39,305 nt of DNA from Eledone cirrhosa. Its lineage: Eukaryota. Below, piece by piece: positions 1-15,431 of the stretch (position 1 is the first letter of the stretch; every line of letters begins with the position of its first letter). The notes under the pieces were generated by a model, which saw nothing but the letters and a program-made list of their open reading frames with translations, did no database searches and was not told the DNA's origin. Made by a program: the position numbers and the translations under genes. Location: positions 1 through 39,305 of the forward strand of contig CAXHJY010001239.1 in the NCBI GenBank assembly GCA_964016885.1. The letters are read 5' to 3'.

Positions 1-1436
1 ATTTTATATTTTTATTTTTATAACTATTGATTTTTTCTGCTAGAGATGTTGTATTAGCCAGTGCGGCATTTTTAAAGCTATGTTTGTGGGTATTATACCT
101 TGTCTTAAAATTGTTAGAGGTAGCTCCTATATATGAGCAAATAGAATCTTTAGTTTTAACATTACATTTATAGACTATGTTGTTAACAAGACAATTCCCT
201 TTTAATAGGCAGTTTGTTTTGTTTCTACAGTTACATCCTTTCGTTAATTCTGTATTTGAGGAGATATTATTGTTAATTTGATGTACTGGTTGGTATACTT
301 ATGGTTTTCTTACATTTATATGCATTATATGCACTTATATTTTGTTTTATGTTATTTGTTGTAGAGTATGAGAATTTAACTGTAGACCTATTTAAGATTT
401 GATGGTATTTGTGGTTTGGCGGGAAGTTTTTCTCAAGGATATAAAAAAATTTTTTAGCAATATTATCCTTAACTTGTAAATTAAAAGGAGCATTATACCA
501 AGTAACTCGTCTATTACGGTTTCTATGTTGTTTATTATTTTTATTATTTTTATATGTTGTATCATGATTTATGTTAATGATCTCACCACAACTATTTTTA
601 GTTATATTGTAGATTTAGGTGTTTTATCTTTTTATTAGGAGTTTTATTATTAATATTTATTATAGTCGTATGATGAGTAGTTTTTTGAGGGTTACTATAC
701 TTTATATTAGAAGATTTAGTATTTTGGGGTATACTGTGGGTGGCATTTAGGTGTGTACTTTTCATTTGGTGTTTGTTGGTAATATTATGCTGTATGCTTT
801 CAGTATTTTTAGTAGAAGGTATATACTCTAATCTATTTTTGTGGCCACTTCTATCTAGAGCTTCATTATAAAAGGTCGCATTTTTATCAAATACATCTTG
901 GTTAGAAGAAAGGTTAGAAATTCTAAGTGATATATTATATGCAAGGTTTTTAAGGATAGATTTAGGGTGATTAGATTGTGAGTGTATGTAATGTAAGTTT
1001 TGGTTAGGTTTATGGTAAGGTTGGTATATACCCGTAGCTAAATCTAAAGTTATATCTAGGAAATTTACTACTTTACTTGTTTTTTAAAAAGTAATATTAA
1101 GATTATAATAGTCTTTAAGGAAAGTTCTAATATGCTTTTTGTTTTTTTCGATTTCTGAAAGGCTAAGGTTGTTAGAAAGAAGAAGACAGTCATCACGATA
1201 TAAACCACCTTTGAGGTGGGGAAAAGAGGCATTTATGTTGAAAAGGAGAAAGAGGCCCACAAGATCAGTAATTTGGGCAGAATCGCTTGAACCCATAGTA
1301 ATATCAAAAAGATTACTATAAGTGTTTCTGGTCCAGTATTCATTCTGAAATTCAATAAGTGTTTGTCTAGCATGTGTAATAATGTTAATGTCATCCGAAG
1401 TTAAATTAGATCTATTTTTAGCAAATATTAATGCTT
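1..1436 (-). mobile_element. Inverted, 5'-truncated copy of PLE element A (RT to GIY-YIG region), running off the window edge
   Basis: Near-identical reverse complement of 2888-4324. Carries a GAA>TAA change at about 1086 and small indels. Abuts the 5' pLTR at 1437. Confidence 0.95.
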
Positions 1437-1590
1437 GTATGCACATACAAATTATACACACATTATTGTAAAATATGTGTAAGGTTTTTACATGTATATA
1501 CACACACCAAACTGTTTTTTAACCCTTTGTGTTTTCATTGGTCAATTTTGAACTGATATTTTGAATTGTTGTTATTATCAATAAATATAC

Positions 1591-1745
1591 TTCATTATTT
1601 CTGAAGACGGCGTATATATGAGTTAGGTATGTATATTTAATCTTGATAATTTGTATAATTTTGTATAATTTTGTACATAGATCTGTTAAATATGCATACC
1701 AATTATAACACATATATACCCTAGAAACGATCGTTAAATAGTGAA
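1591..1745 (+). ncRNA. Type I hammerhead ribozyme with very long stem II (family A)
   Basis: Stem I TTCATTATTT/AAATAGTGAA; core CTGAAGA 1601-1607; 116-nt stem II domain; GAAA 1724-1727; palindromic stem III ACGATCGT; GUU triplet. Confidence 0.75.
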
Positions 1746-1802
1746 CTTTTTTTGTTTAATATAAGGAATTGTTTGTTCATTATTTGTTTAATATTTTATC
1801 TT

Positions 1803-1885
1803 GACTCTGTATACCGTTTATCTTTCACCGAAATTGGATTTTCATTACATCTCTTCTTTCCATGATATCCGGAATACATTGAGTT
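1803..1885 (+). ncRNA. Bulged hairpin 1 of family A (second copy 7918-8000)
   Basis: GACTC-TGTAT-a-CCG ... CGG-a-ATACA-TT bulge-GAGTT. Confidence 0.65.
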
Positions 1886-1941
1886 CTTCATACGGATTGG
1901 ACACTACCGTAAACTCTTGGTAGATTTATCTACATAATTTT

Positions 1942-2059
1942 GCTCCTATTTTCACGGAAATATTCGTATTTTTGTACTGTATGTGTGTATTAATTTTATA
2001 TTTATGTATAAACATATATATATGTATGATTTTGTAAACCCATATACATTTAGTTGAGC
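1942..2059 (+). ncRNA. Bulged hairpin 2 of family A (5'UTR)
   Basis: GCTC-CTA ... TAG-TT-GAGC. Starts 5 nt after the pLTR end at 1936. Confidence 0.5.
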
Positions 2060-2088
2060 TCTTTCAATTGTCCATCATCCATATCACA

Positions 2089-4515
2089 ATGGAAAAACAA
2101 TATTTAGGAACCTCCTTAAAAAACATACCAATACCTTCTAAGGACGACTTCTTACTCCTTATGATTCAGAAAACTAATAATTTTATCAGAAGGGTTAGAT
2201 GGAGAGCCTACCACTTCGATAGAAAATCTAAACAAGCAGATCGGAAATATATGTATGATTTCAACACTTACAAGAATCCACCACACAACTTTTTACTTGA
2301 AGACTTCGAGAAAGACCTTTTTAATTTAATTAAACACCTCAAATTTAAAAAGTATAAATCCGTCTTTCAAAAGGACCTTGATTCTACCCTATTGGACCTA
2401 AAAAAGTCTAAAAAAATCCATGTCCACTCGGACAAAACTGGTAACTTGTATCATATGGATATTGAACATTATAATGAGTTCATATATAAAGAACTCAGAA
2501 AAAATTATAAAAAATCTAATAATGTGTCACTCACCAACATCAACAACAAAACACACAACATAGTAAAAAAACTAAATATTTAAGATAGAACTGAACCTTT
2601 GGCATTGAGAAGTCCACACTTCAACCTGAAAGATCACAAATCTAACTTTAACTCTAATCCTTCTATTAGACTTATATGTCCCTCCAAATCAGATATTGGA
2701 ATAATTAGCAAAAAAATTTTAGATAGAGTCATCCCACAAATAAGAAAATATGTTATTTTACCACTCTGGGAAAACACCTCCCAGGTAATTAATTGGTTTA
2801 AAAATATTAGGTGTAAATCTTCTGCTTCTTTCCTACAGTTTGATATAGATAATTACTATTCTTCTATATCACCCATACTCCTGAACAAAGCATTAATATT
2901 TGCTAAAAATAGATCTAATTTAACTTCGGATGACATTAACATTATTACACATGCTAGACAAACACTTATTGAATTTCAGAATGAATACTGGACCAGAAAC
3001 ACTTATAGTAATCTTTTTGATATTACTATGGGTTCAAGCGATTCTGCCCAAATTACTGATCTTGTGGGCCTCTTTCTCCTTTTCAACATAAATGCCTCTT
3101 TTCCCCACCTCAAAGGTGGTTTATATCGTGATGACTGTCTTCTTCTTTCTAACAACCTTAGCCTTTCAGAAATCGAAAAAAACAAAAAGCATATTAGAAC
3201 TTTCCTTAAAGACTATTATAATCTTAATATTACTTTTGAAAAAACAAGTAAAGTAGTAAATTTCCTAGATATAACTTTAGATTTAGCTACGGGTATATAC
3301 CAACCTTACCATAAACCTAACCAAAACTTACATTACATACACTCACAATCTAATCACCCTAAATCTATCCTTAAAAACCTTGCATATAATATATCACTTA
3401 GAATTTCTAACCTTTCTTCTAACCAAGATGTATTTGATAAAAATGCGACCTTTTATAATGAAGCTCTAGATAGAAGTGGCCACAAAAATAGATTAGAGTA
3501 TATACCTTCTACTAAAAATACTGAAAGCATACAGCATAATATTACCAACAAACACCAAATGAAAAGTACACACCTAAATGCCACCCACAGTATACCCCAA
3601 AATACTAAATCTTCTAATATAAAGTATAGTAACCCTCAAAAAACTACTCATCATACGACTATAATAAATATTAATAATAAAACTCCTAATAAAAAAGATA
3701 AAACACCTAAATCTACAAATATAACTAAAAATAGTTGTGGTGAGATCATTAACATAAATCATGATACAACATATAAAAATAATAAAAATAATAAACAACA
3801 TAGAAACCGTAATAGACGAGTTACTTGGTATAATGCTCCTTTTAATTTACAAGTTAAGGATAATATTGCTAAAAAATTTTTTTATATCCTTGAGAAAAAC
3901 TTCCCGCCAAACCACAAATACCATCAAATCTTAAATAGGTCTACAGTTAAATTCTCATACTCTACAACAAATAACATAAAACAAAATATAAGTGCATATA
4001 ATGCATATAAATGTAAGAAAACCATAAGTATACCACCAGTACATCAAATTAACAATAATATCTCCTCAAATACAGAATTAACGAAAGGATGTAACTGTAG
4101 AAACAAAACAAACTGCCTATTAAAAGGGAATTGTCTTGTTAACAACATAGTCTATAAATGTAATGTTAAAACTAAAGATTCTATTTGCTCATATATAGGA
4201 GCTACCTCTAACAATTTTAAGACAAGGTATAATACCCACAAACATAGCTTTAAAAATGCCGCACTGGCTAATACAACATCTCTAGCAGAAAAAATCAATA
4301 GTTATAAAAATAAAAATATAAAATATGATTTGACCTGGAGTGTGCTCAAAAGAGCCACCCCTTATCAAAATAATAGAAAGGAATGTAGATTGTGTTCCCA
4401 AGAACTATTTGAAATAATGAAGTCTAGGGATATCCTATTAAATAAAAGACAGGAATTAATTATATCGTGTAATCATAAACTAAAAAAAACATTTAAATAT
4501 TATAAACCTAATTAA
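2089..4515 (+). pseudogene. PLE RT + GIY-YIG polyprotein interrupted by one in-frame TAA (2581-2583)
   Basis: ORFs 2068-2583 and 2599-4515 are in frame and colinear with the element B protein (KLNI*DRTEP vs KLGIEKKTEP). Motifs SDKT, QFDI, TMG, YRDD, FLD, CNCR..C..C, IVY..YIG, CRLC, LLNKRQE. Confidence 0.92.
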
Positions 4516-5859
4516 TAACATTATTCTAGAATTTAATTTAATTTAAATGTTAGTTAACCTATAAATTTAATTTAATTAATATTTTATTACAGATGAGAAA
4601 ATATTATGTAACCATAAATTTTGAAAAACCTTTAAATATTACTAATATATATTCAGTAATTTAATTTATAGATTAATTTTAACTTATTTTAACCTTTTAT
4701 TATAATTTTTTAATTTAGTTTAACCTTTTATTATAATTTTTTTTATTATAATTCTTTTACAGATAAAATATAACAAAATAATATCATGTATCCTATGACG
4801 GAGAAAGAATTTTTAGTATTATAGACCTAATTAATATACATTTTGGAAATATATTTATTATTTGGTTTTAGTTTTAATCAACCTAAAACTTTAATTTTAA
4901 TTTGCTTAAAATTAGTATCCTTGTACAGACGAATTGCAGAATGTCATGTAATCATAGAATGGGAGGTGTTTTGGATATATACCTAGTTAATATATTCTGT
5001 GCAATTTTTTGAAAAAGATATGTATATCTATATGTATATGTATATGTGTGTGTTGTATGTGTATCTGTATGTATATTTATGTGACTATATGTGTATGTAT
5101 GTGTATATATATGTATATATATATATATATATGTGTATGTATATGTATATATATGTGTATGTGTATGTATATGTATATGTATGCGTATTAATTTTGATTT
5201 TTATTTGCATATAATTATATTATGCTATTGATGAAATACAATATCTGCTTTATTTATTGTATACCTAATTAACATATACTAATTAACGTATACTATTGAA
5301 ATAAATATATAATTTTTAATTTAGTTAACATATAATTTATATGCTACTACCGATGTAATATTTTATTTTATTTTTATTTGGGTTTCTTTTCCCTATTACT
5401 AAATTCATCTCCTAATATTGATACCATAACGTTATTAACTTTAATTTAGTTATAATGTAATTAATAATCTACTACTGTTTGACTTCATAATTCTGCTTCA
5501 AATATTATAAACCTAACTAATTTACACCTTGGAAATCAATATGTTGACTATCTTTGGTTTAGTTAACATATGATTAATGGTATACTTTTTTATTTTGTGA
5601 TACATAGATTTCGTATTTCCTAGTACTGAAAATATGTAAGAACATACATTGAATTAAGATATGGAAAATATTATATGTTTCTTGAAACATATATTTACTT
5701 TGATCCCCTTCTCCAAACCCCCCCTTTCCCCCATACTATTATCATCTGTTTTTGTAAGCGTATTTGTATGAATATATGTGTAGATGGGTGTCTATATAGG
5801 TTTTTGTATTTATTTCTAAATATAAAAATACATATATGAGCATGTAAATATGAATGTAA

Positions 5860-6278
5860 GATTGAGTGTGTATATATGATTGTACATACATATGTATGTA
5901 TATATATGTGTATATATATGTATTATATATGTATGTGTATGTGAATGTGTGGTATGTATATGTGTATGTATATGTATATATGTGTGTGTATGTGTATGCT
6001 TGTATATAAGAATATATATATGTGTGTATATATGTATATGTATGTATATGCGTGTTTGTATGTATGTGTATATGGGTTCTGTATATATTTGTATGTCTCT
6101 CTATTTATATGTTTATCTTCGTATCTATGTGATATATGTGTGTGTGTGTGCACGTATGCATATGTATGTGTTTGTGTGTGTTTGTATGTGTGTGTGTGTA
6201 TATATATATGTATTTGCGCACACTCACATACACATATATATATATATATATATATATATGTGAGTGTGTATGTGTGTC

Positions 6279-6309
<31 letters not shown>

Positions 6310-6347
6310 ATATATATGTGTGTATATATGTGTATGTGTGTGTATAT

Positions 6348-6383
<36 letters not shown>

Positions 6384-6514
6384 ATATAGGTGTCTATGTG
6401 TGAATATATGTCTTTATTCGTATGTGTGTATTTATATATGTATATATTTAGGTGTATGTATGTATGTGTATGTATGTATGTGTATGTATATATATGTATG
6501 TATATGTGTATATG

Positions 6515-6561
<47 letters not shown>

Positions 6562-6770
6562 CTTTATTATTATTGTAATATAACTTATGTGTATATGTGT
6601 ACAAGTGAGGTTGTGTATGTATATATACTATGTGTATATATAAGGGTAATGAGATATATATATATATATATATATGTGCATGTCTGTATTTTATGTGTGT
6701 GTGTATATATATATGTGTATGTGTGTATATATGTATGTATATATACATATATGTGTACGTGTGTGTATGT

Positions 6771-6811
<41 letters not shown>

Positions 6812-6921
6812 TGGGTGTTTGTATGTGTTTTTATGGTGGTATGAGTGTGGGGATATATATGTTTGTATATGTGTATGTATATGTATGTATATATATATAT
6901 GAGTCTATGTGTGTGTGTATA

Positions 6922-6960
<39 letters not shown>

Positions 6961-7130
6961 ATGTGTGTATTTATATCTTTTTATATGTCTATGTGTATGT
7001 TCGTGTAAATGTATGTGTGTGTATGACAGTATAGGTATGTGTGTATGTATGTATGTGTAGATATCTCTATGTGCGCGTATATGTATCTATGTGTATGTAT
7101 ATCTGTATGCGTATGTACATTATATTATAT
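5860..7130. repeat. (TA)/(TG) mosaic microsatellite inside the element A 3'UTR
   Basis: Low-complexity TATG/TGTG sequence between the ORF stop and the 3' pLTR. Confidence 0.9.
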
Positions 7131-7551
7131 GTATTATATTTTATTGTTTTTATTTTTTTATTTTTCTTAATTTATAGATACATTTATATTAGGCTGTCTG
7201 GTCTGACAATCTAATACTGACCCCTCCCCCCCCCCTCCCACCTAATTTCTGTATCTTGATCTTGAAATGTGTGTACCAGTGTTTTTATGTGAGTGACTTA
7301 ATTTCTATTTGCTTATGATTTTATATCCACATATATAAATGTGAGTGGGGGAGTGTGTGTGTTTGTATGTTCGTGGTTATGTGTATATTTATACATATAC
7401 GCACATGTATGTGTGATTATACTGATATGTGTGAGTATGAAAAAAATATATTTATATGCTTGACTCCATAAGTATCATTGCGTATCTTATCAGCGCATTA
7501 AGCTTACAGAGATATTAACCTTGAAATTTTGTATTTACATCCATCTTTTTA

Positions 7552-8045
7552 GTATGCACATACAAATTATACACACATTATTGTAAAATATGTGTAAGGT
7601 TTTTACATGTATATACACACACCAAACTGTTTTTTAACCCTTTGTGTTTTCATTGGTCAATTTTGAACTGATATTTTGAATTGTTGTTATTATCAATAAA
7701 TATACTTCATTATTTCTGAAGACGGCGTATATATGAGTTAGGTATGTATATTTAATCTTGATAATTTGTATAATTTTGTATAATTTTGTACATAGATCTG
7801 TTAAATATGCATACCAATTATAACACATATATACCCTAGAAACGATCGTTAAATAGTGAACTTTTTTTGTTTAATATAAGGAATTGTTTGTTCATTATTT
7901 GTTTAATATTTTATCTTGACTCTGTATACCGTTTATCTTTCACCGAAATTGGATTTTCATTACATCTCTTCTTTCCATGATATCCGGAATACATTGAGTT
8001 CTTCATACGGATTGGACACTACCGTAAACTCTTGGTAGATTTATC

Positions 8046-8051
<6 letters not shown>
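7552..8051 (+). repeat. 3' pseudo-LTR of element A
   Basis: Direct repeat of 1437-1936. Ends TCTACATA into (TA)n. Confidence 0.95.
7706..7860 (+). ncRNA. Type I HHR, long stem II (family A, 3' copy)
   Basis: Same sequence as 1591-1745. Confidence 0.75.
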
Positions 8052-9139
<1,088 letters not shown>

Positions 9140-9141
<2 letters not shown>

Positions 9142-9251
9142 AACCAGTAAGACCCCGACAGCTGAGCTCAAGCCGTTTCGACGGCTAATTCTGGACTAAA
9201 TGAAAATTTATCCTGGTATTTAAATAGCCGATCTTCTCAAGGGGTAATTCC
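9140..9251 (-). ncRNA. Type I HHR, U3-A8 core variant (family D)
   Basis: Reverse complement of 10023-10134. Confidence 0.75.
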
Positions 9252-10022
9252 ATATATGGTCAAAGTGATTGTCAAAAATCAGTAGTAATTCTGTGCTTGC
9301 AAATTAGTAGGGGAGATGGTGGCTAAACCTGCCAGTAGGAGAAAGAGGGGAGGGGGTGGAGTAGACCCAATCAAGCGTTGGTAGTGCCAGCTACAGCTGG
9401 GCATGAGGTCAAAGAAGATACAGGGGAGGGGGAGGGGGAGGAAGTCGGAACGGTAGGTAGAACAATGGGGGGTAGAAATAGGAAAGAAAAAAAAAAAAAA
9501 AAAAAAAATACTGAGAGTGAAGAAAGGCAAATAAGTGTAAAGAAAAGTAAAGTAAATTAAATTCTACGACCTAGGTGTCAGGCTATTGTTAGGCGAGAAT
9601 AAAATAAAGAAAGAAAGAAAGAATTAAAAAAAAAAAAAAAAAAAAAAAATTCTTTCTTTCTTTCTTTATTTTATTCTCGCCTAACAATAGCCTGACACCC
9701 AGGTCGTAGAATTTAATTTACTTTACTTTTCTTTACACTTATTTGCCTTTCTTCACTCTCAGTATTTTTTTTTTTTTTTTTTTTTTTCTTTCCTATTTCT
9801 ACCCCCCATTGTTCTACCTACCGTTCCGACTTCCTCCCCCTCCCCCTCCCCTGTATCTTCTTTGACCTCATGCCCAGCTGTAGCTGGCACTACCAACGCT
9901 TGATTGGGTCTACTCCACCCCCTCCCCTCTTTCTCCTACTGGCAGGTTTAGCCACCATCTCCCCTACTAATTTGCAAGCACAGAATTACTACTGATTTTT
10001 GACAATCACTTTGACCATATAT

Positions 10023-10134
10023 GGAATTACCCCTTGAGAAGATCGGCTATTTAAATACCAGGATAAATTTTCATTTAGTCCAGAATTAGCCGTCGAAACG
10101 GCTTGAGCTCAGCTGTCGGGGTCTTACTGGTTCC
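10023..10134 (+). ncRNA. Type I HHR, U3-A8 core variant (family D)
   Basis: Stem I ACCCC/GGGGT plus distal GGAA/TTCC; core TTGAGAA 10034-10040; stem II GA(t)CGGCTA/TAGCCGTC; GAAA; stem III ACGGCT/AGCTGT; GUC, predicted cut after 10117. Confidence 0.78.
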
Positions 10135-10142
10135 TATTACCC

Positions 10143-10166
10143 ACTCTACTACCTCAAGTATTGAGT
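10143..10166 (+). ncRNA. Bulged hairpin 1 of family D
   Basis: ACTC-TACT-acctca-AGTA-TT-GAGT. Confidence 0.7.
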
Positions 10167-10216
10167 ACTTTGGTGCGTTATGGTCCACCTGGTTCCTTAC
10201 CACATTTCCTTCGTTA

Positions 10217-11631
<1,415 letters not shown>

Positions 11632-11663
11632 AGATCAAAAGATGGTTAAAGGAGTTCAATATA

Positions 11664-11730
11664 TTTTATTATGCGCATTTCAAAAACAAACATCATCAAA
11701 CAATAATATTTGTGTTTTCATCAGATAAAA
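11664..11730 (-). ncRNA. Type I HHR (family B)
   Basis: Reverse complement of 15159-15225. Confidence 0.8.
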
Positions 11731-12946
11731 CAGGAGAACATGATATGAAGGCTAAAAAAACACTTGTTGATAGTGCAGTTTTAAATCAACATATGAAAAG
11801 TGGTTTTAGATTGATGTGTGATATTGGGAAAAATATTTTATTTAGAGAGGGGGGGAGAGAAAAGGATGAAAAGGGAAGGAGATGAGAGGGAGAGATGGGT
11901 GATAGAGAGAAAGAGATAGTTTTTATAACAGAGAGGAGATATATATTATATAGAGGGGTTGAAAACCGTTGGAAGATACTGTATAAATTAAAAATTTTGA
12001 AAATTAACGAAGGGAGGATATGTGCGAGGAAAAAATATATTATATTTAGGGAGGGGTGGGGGTGGAAAGGATGAAAAAAAGGGGAGGAGATGAGAGTGAA
12101 GGTGGAAAGGGAGAGATGGGTGATAGAGAGAAAGAGATAGTTTTTATAACTGAGAAAAAGATATAATGTTTTAATATAGAGAGGTTGGGAACCGTTGGAA
12201 GATAATGTATAAATTAAAGGAATTTGAAAATTAACGAAGGGAAATTATGTATGGAGATAGAGAGAAAAAAATAACGAAGGGAGATTATGTATGGAGATAG
12301 AGAGAAAAAAATAATAATTGTGGGTGAATATTCAAAAGGAGAAATGTAGGAATCTTAAAATTAGCAAAGAGAAAATGTTTATGTATAGGATTTGAGAAAA
12401 ATTTATATTGAATTCATATGTATTAATAATGAGTTTGTTGATGGGGAGAAAAAAATAATAATAATAAATTAAGGATGAAATTGAGATTAAAAAGATTTAT
12501 GATAGAGAGAAAAAATAATAATGATTGCGGATGAATACTCAAAATGTCAAAAACAAATGTTATTGTTTTACGAAGAGATATAATGAGGGTGATGAGTAAA
12601 CGGGTATTATAGAGTGTATAATGCCCTTTAAAGTAAGGTAGATGGGTATATTTTAAAGAATATATGAGTATATATTAAAAAAATATATATAATAATAAAT
12701 TAAGGATGAAATTGAGATTAAAAAGATTTATGATAGAGGGAAAAAAATAATAATGATTGCGGATGAATATTCAAAATGTCAAAAACAAATGTTATTGTTT
12801 TACGAGAAGATAGGATGAGGTAAATGAATAAACGAGTACTATAGAGTGTATAATGCCCTTTAAAGTAAGGTAGATGGGTATATTTTAAAGAGGTGTATGT
12901 ATATGTGCCTTTGAGAAAAGATTCTAAATTGATAAAGAATTGAATA

Positions 12947-14851
12947 TTAACTGTATACTTTGTGAAAAGTTCTATGGAATTTATGAAGGCAGATGGAAAA
13001 CAAATCCGAGCGTCTATTTATTATGGATTCTAGGTTAGAGATAATGGTAAATTTTTCATTTAGGCAGAGATTACAGATTTTAGATAGAGAACTGTTCAAG
13101 TACGAGGATGCAGAAGAAATCTTTTTCCAAAAGATGTTATATTTAATGTTTTTGTCTTTTAAGGACCATATGAGTTCTGAGAGAGCAGTGTTAGTTCTTT
13201 TAAGTTTGTATTTGAAAGATGAATGATGATTATAGAGACGAGCTTTAAAAGAGGTGGAAGTGGAGCCAAAATAGGTGAAGGAGTTGGTGCTAGTTATAAT
13301 TTTACATTCATAAATTAAGTTTTTATCGAGGCAATGGTTGTTGAGAGGACATTTATTTTTAATGCGGCAGTTGCAATTAGAGAGATTATTAATGAGTGAT
13401 CTAGTGTTATCTATAGAAGGAATTGGATTGGAGAAGTTGTTTGCGATAGGAATAATAGGAATAATAGTTTCTTGATTTAGAGTTGGATTATGAACATTTA
13501 GCGAAGTTGTGTTTGACGTTGTATTTGGGTTTACAGAAGTTAGCCTAGGGTTTACAATGACGTCAGGAGTACTATTATTGTTATTATGAGATTCAATATT
13601 GGAAGGAAGAGATTTAGTATTTAATATTTTGTTGTTGTGTTTAGAAATGATGTTGGAAATATTGGAGGATGTAGAATACGAAAATTTAATGGTGTGTTTG
13701 TTAAATATTTTACTATAGATATGTGAGGGAGGGAAGCATTTATTTAAGGCACTAAAAAATAATTTAGGAATATTGTTATTAATAGAGATGGAGAAAGGAG
13801 CATTATACCAGATTATGTTTTTGTATCTAGGTCTTTTATTAAAATTATTGGAATGGTTATGATTAAATATTCTACTGTAAGTTTTCCTAGAATTTGTTTC
13901 TTTATTATATTTGAATTTATCTGGATAGCCAGCTTTAGAAAGTGCGTTATTATAGTAATTGGCGTTAGCATCAAAGATGTTTTTATTAGAAGATATGTTA
14001 GATATTCTATTTCCAATATTATTAACTATAGCATTCTTGATATTGGTAGGATGGTTAGATTTAAAGTTAACATAATTAAGATTCTCATTGTTTTTATGGT
14101 AAGGGTAATATAGGCCAGTGTCAAGATTAAGAGATACATCCAAGAAATTAGCTAGTTTGGTACTATTATCAAATTCAATTTTTAGGTTATGTTGGTTAAA
14201 GAGATTACGTATATTGTTCTTAATAATATTAAGTTTAACTATATTGCAATTTAGGATAGTAAAGAGTCCATCGTCACGATAAATTCCACCGCGAAGTTGA
14301 GGAATTTTCCGACTCAAAGAGTTCAAAATGAAGATACCAATTAAATCAGTCAATTGGGATGAATCGGATGCTCCCATTGTGATGTCGAAGTTGTTAGAGG
14401 TATCGGCTCTGGTCCAATATTCGTTGTTGAACTCTAGGATGGTTTTACGTGCGGTGAGGATGATGTGAAGTTCATCTGTGGTGATGTCAGAATATTTAAG
14501 TGCGAAAGATAGAGCATTATTGAGAAGTGAAGGCGAAATGGAGGAATAGTAGCTGGCAATATCGAATTGAATAAATTTTAGTTTGTTTTTATTATCCAAT
14601 TTGTTGAACCAGCCAATCACTTCAGAAGTACCAAACCATAAATTTAGGTTTAAAGGAGAGCAATTAGAACTAACCTGTGGGATAATCCTATCCAAGATGG
14701 CTTTACTAACAACCCCCAGATCAGATTTAGAGGGGGCGATTAATCTAACAGGTAGTTCAGTGCGAAAATTGTTTTTGTGATCCTTGAGATTTATCCTCGG
14801 AGTTCTTGGGAGGAATGGTTCGGTCTTTTTTTCAATGCCAAGTTTTGACAT
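12947..14851 (-). pseudogene. N-terminally truncated RT + GIY-YIG ORF of the inverted element B copy
   Basis: Matches the C-terminal 634 aa of 15372-17834 except PDKF vs PDKI. Confidence 0.9.
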
Positions 14852-15158
14852 AATCTCATAGGCTTCAAGGTTTATGCATTCTAAATTTTCATGGTTGGTT
14901 TTACGATACTTTTTCCTAAGTTCCTTTAGGATAAGGTTGTTATAATTATCCTTGGAAATACCATATAGGTTATTGGTTTTGTCAGAGTGGACTAAAACAT
15001 TTTTTGAGGAATTTAGGTTAGAGATTGTGTTCTCCCCCCCTCTCTAAATAAAATATTTTTCCCAATATCACACATCAATCTAAAACCACTTTTCATATGT
15101 TGATTTAAAACTGCACTATCAACAAGTGTTTTTTTAGCCTTCATATCATGTTCTCCTG

Positions 15159-15225
15159 TTTTATCTGATGAAAACACAAATATTATTGTTTGATGATGTT
15201 TGTTTTTGAAATGCGCATAATAAAA
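15159..15225 (+). ncRNA. Type I HHR (family B, 5' pLTR)
   Basis: Stem I TTTTAT/ATAAAA (overlaps AATAAA); CTGATGA 15165-15171; about 16-bp AU/GU stem II; GAA; palindromic ATGCGCAT stem III; AUA, predicted cut after 15219. Confidence 0.8.
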
Positions 15226-15269
15226 TATATTGAACTCCTTTAACCATCTTTTGATCTTATATTATGCAT

Positions 15270-15294
15270 ACTCCAGTCCCACAAACTGTAGAGT
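15270..15294 (+). ncRNA. Bulged hairpin 1 of family B (second copy 19165-19189)
   Basis: ACTC-CAGT-cccacaa-ACTG-TA-GAGT. Confidence 0.7.
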
Positions 15295-15359
15295 GCTTCT
15301 TATCCGATATCTGCATTGCTTTATTGTACTACAATAAAACTCACCTCCTACATTTACTT

Positions 15360-15377
15360 GCTCCTTAACGGTTGAGC
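15360..15377 (+). ncRNA. Bulged hairpin 2 of family B (5'UTR)
   Basis: GCTC-CT-taac-GG-TT-GAGC. Starts 6 nt after the pLTR end at 15353. Confidence 0.6.
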
Positions 15378-15431
15378 GCTTACTCTCATATTGGATACCT
15401 TTTGATGGTCCTTCACCTCTTCTTCTACAAC

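Larger units (their letters stand above)
1437..1936 (+). repeat. 5' pseudo-LTR of element A
   Basis: Matches 7552-8051 at offset 6115. Confidence 0.95.
1437..8051 (+). mobile_element. Penelope-like element A (Naiad type): pLTR-ORF-3 kb 3'UTR-pLTR
   Basis: 500-bp direct repeats (1437-1936 and 7552-8051) flank an RT+GIY-YIG ORF. HHR in each repeat. 3' end runs into (TA)n. Confidence 0.93.
11624..15033 (-). mobile_element. Inverted 5'-truncated copy of element B
   Basis: Near-identical reverse complement of 15748-19160. 3-nt (TCT) microhomology with the pLTR start at 15031-15033. Confidence 0.95.

Noticed and set aside
9140-9200. HDV-like or twister ribozyme on the + strand
   Set aside because: Required pairings are not conserved across copies. 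The opposite strand folds fully as a hammerhead.
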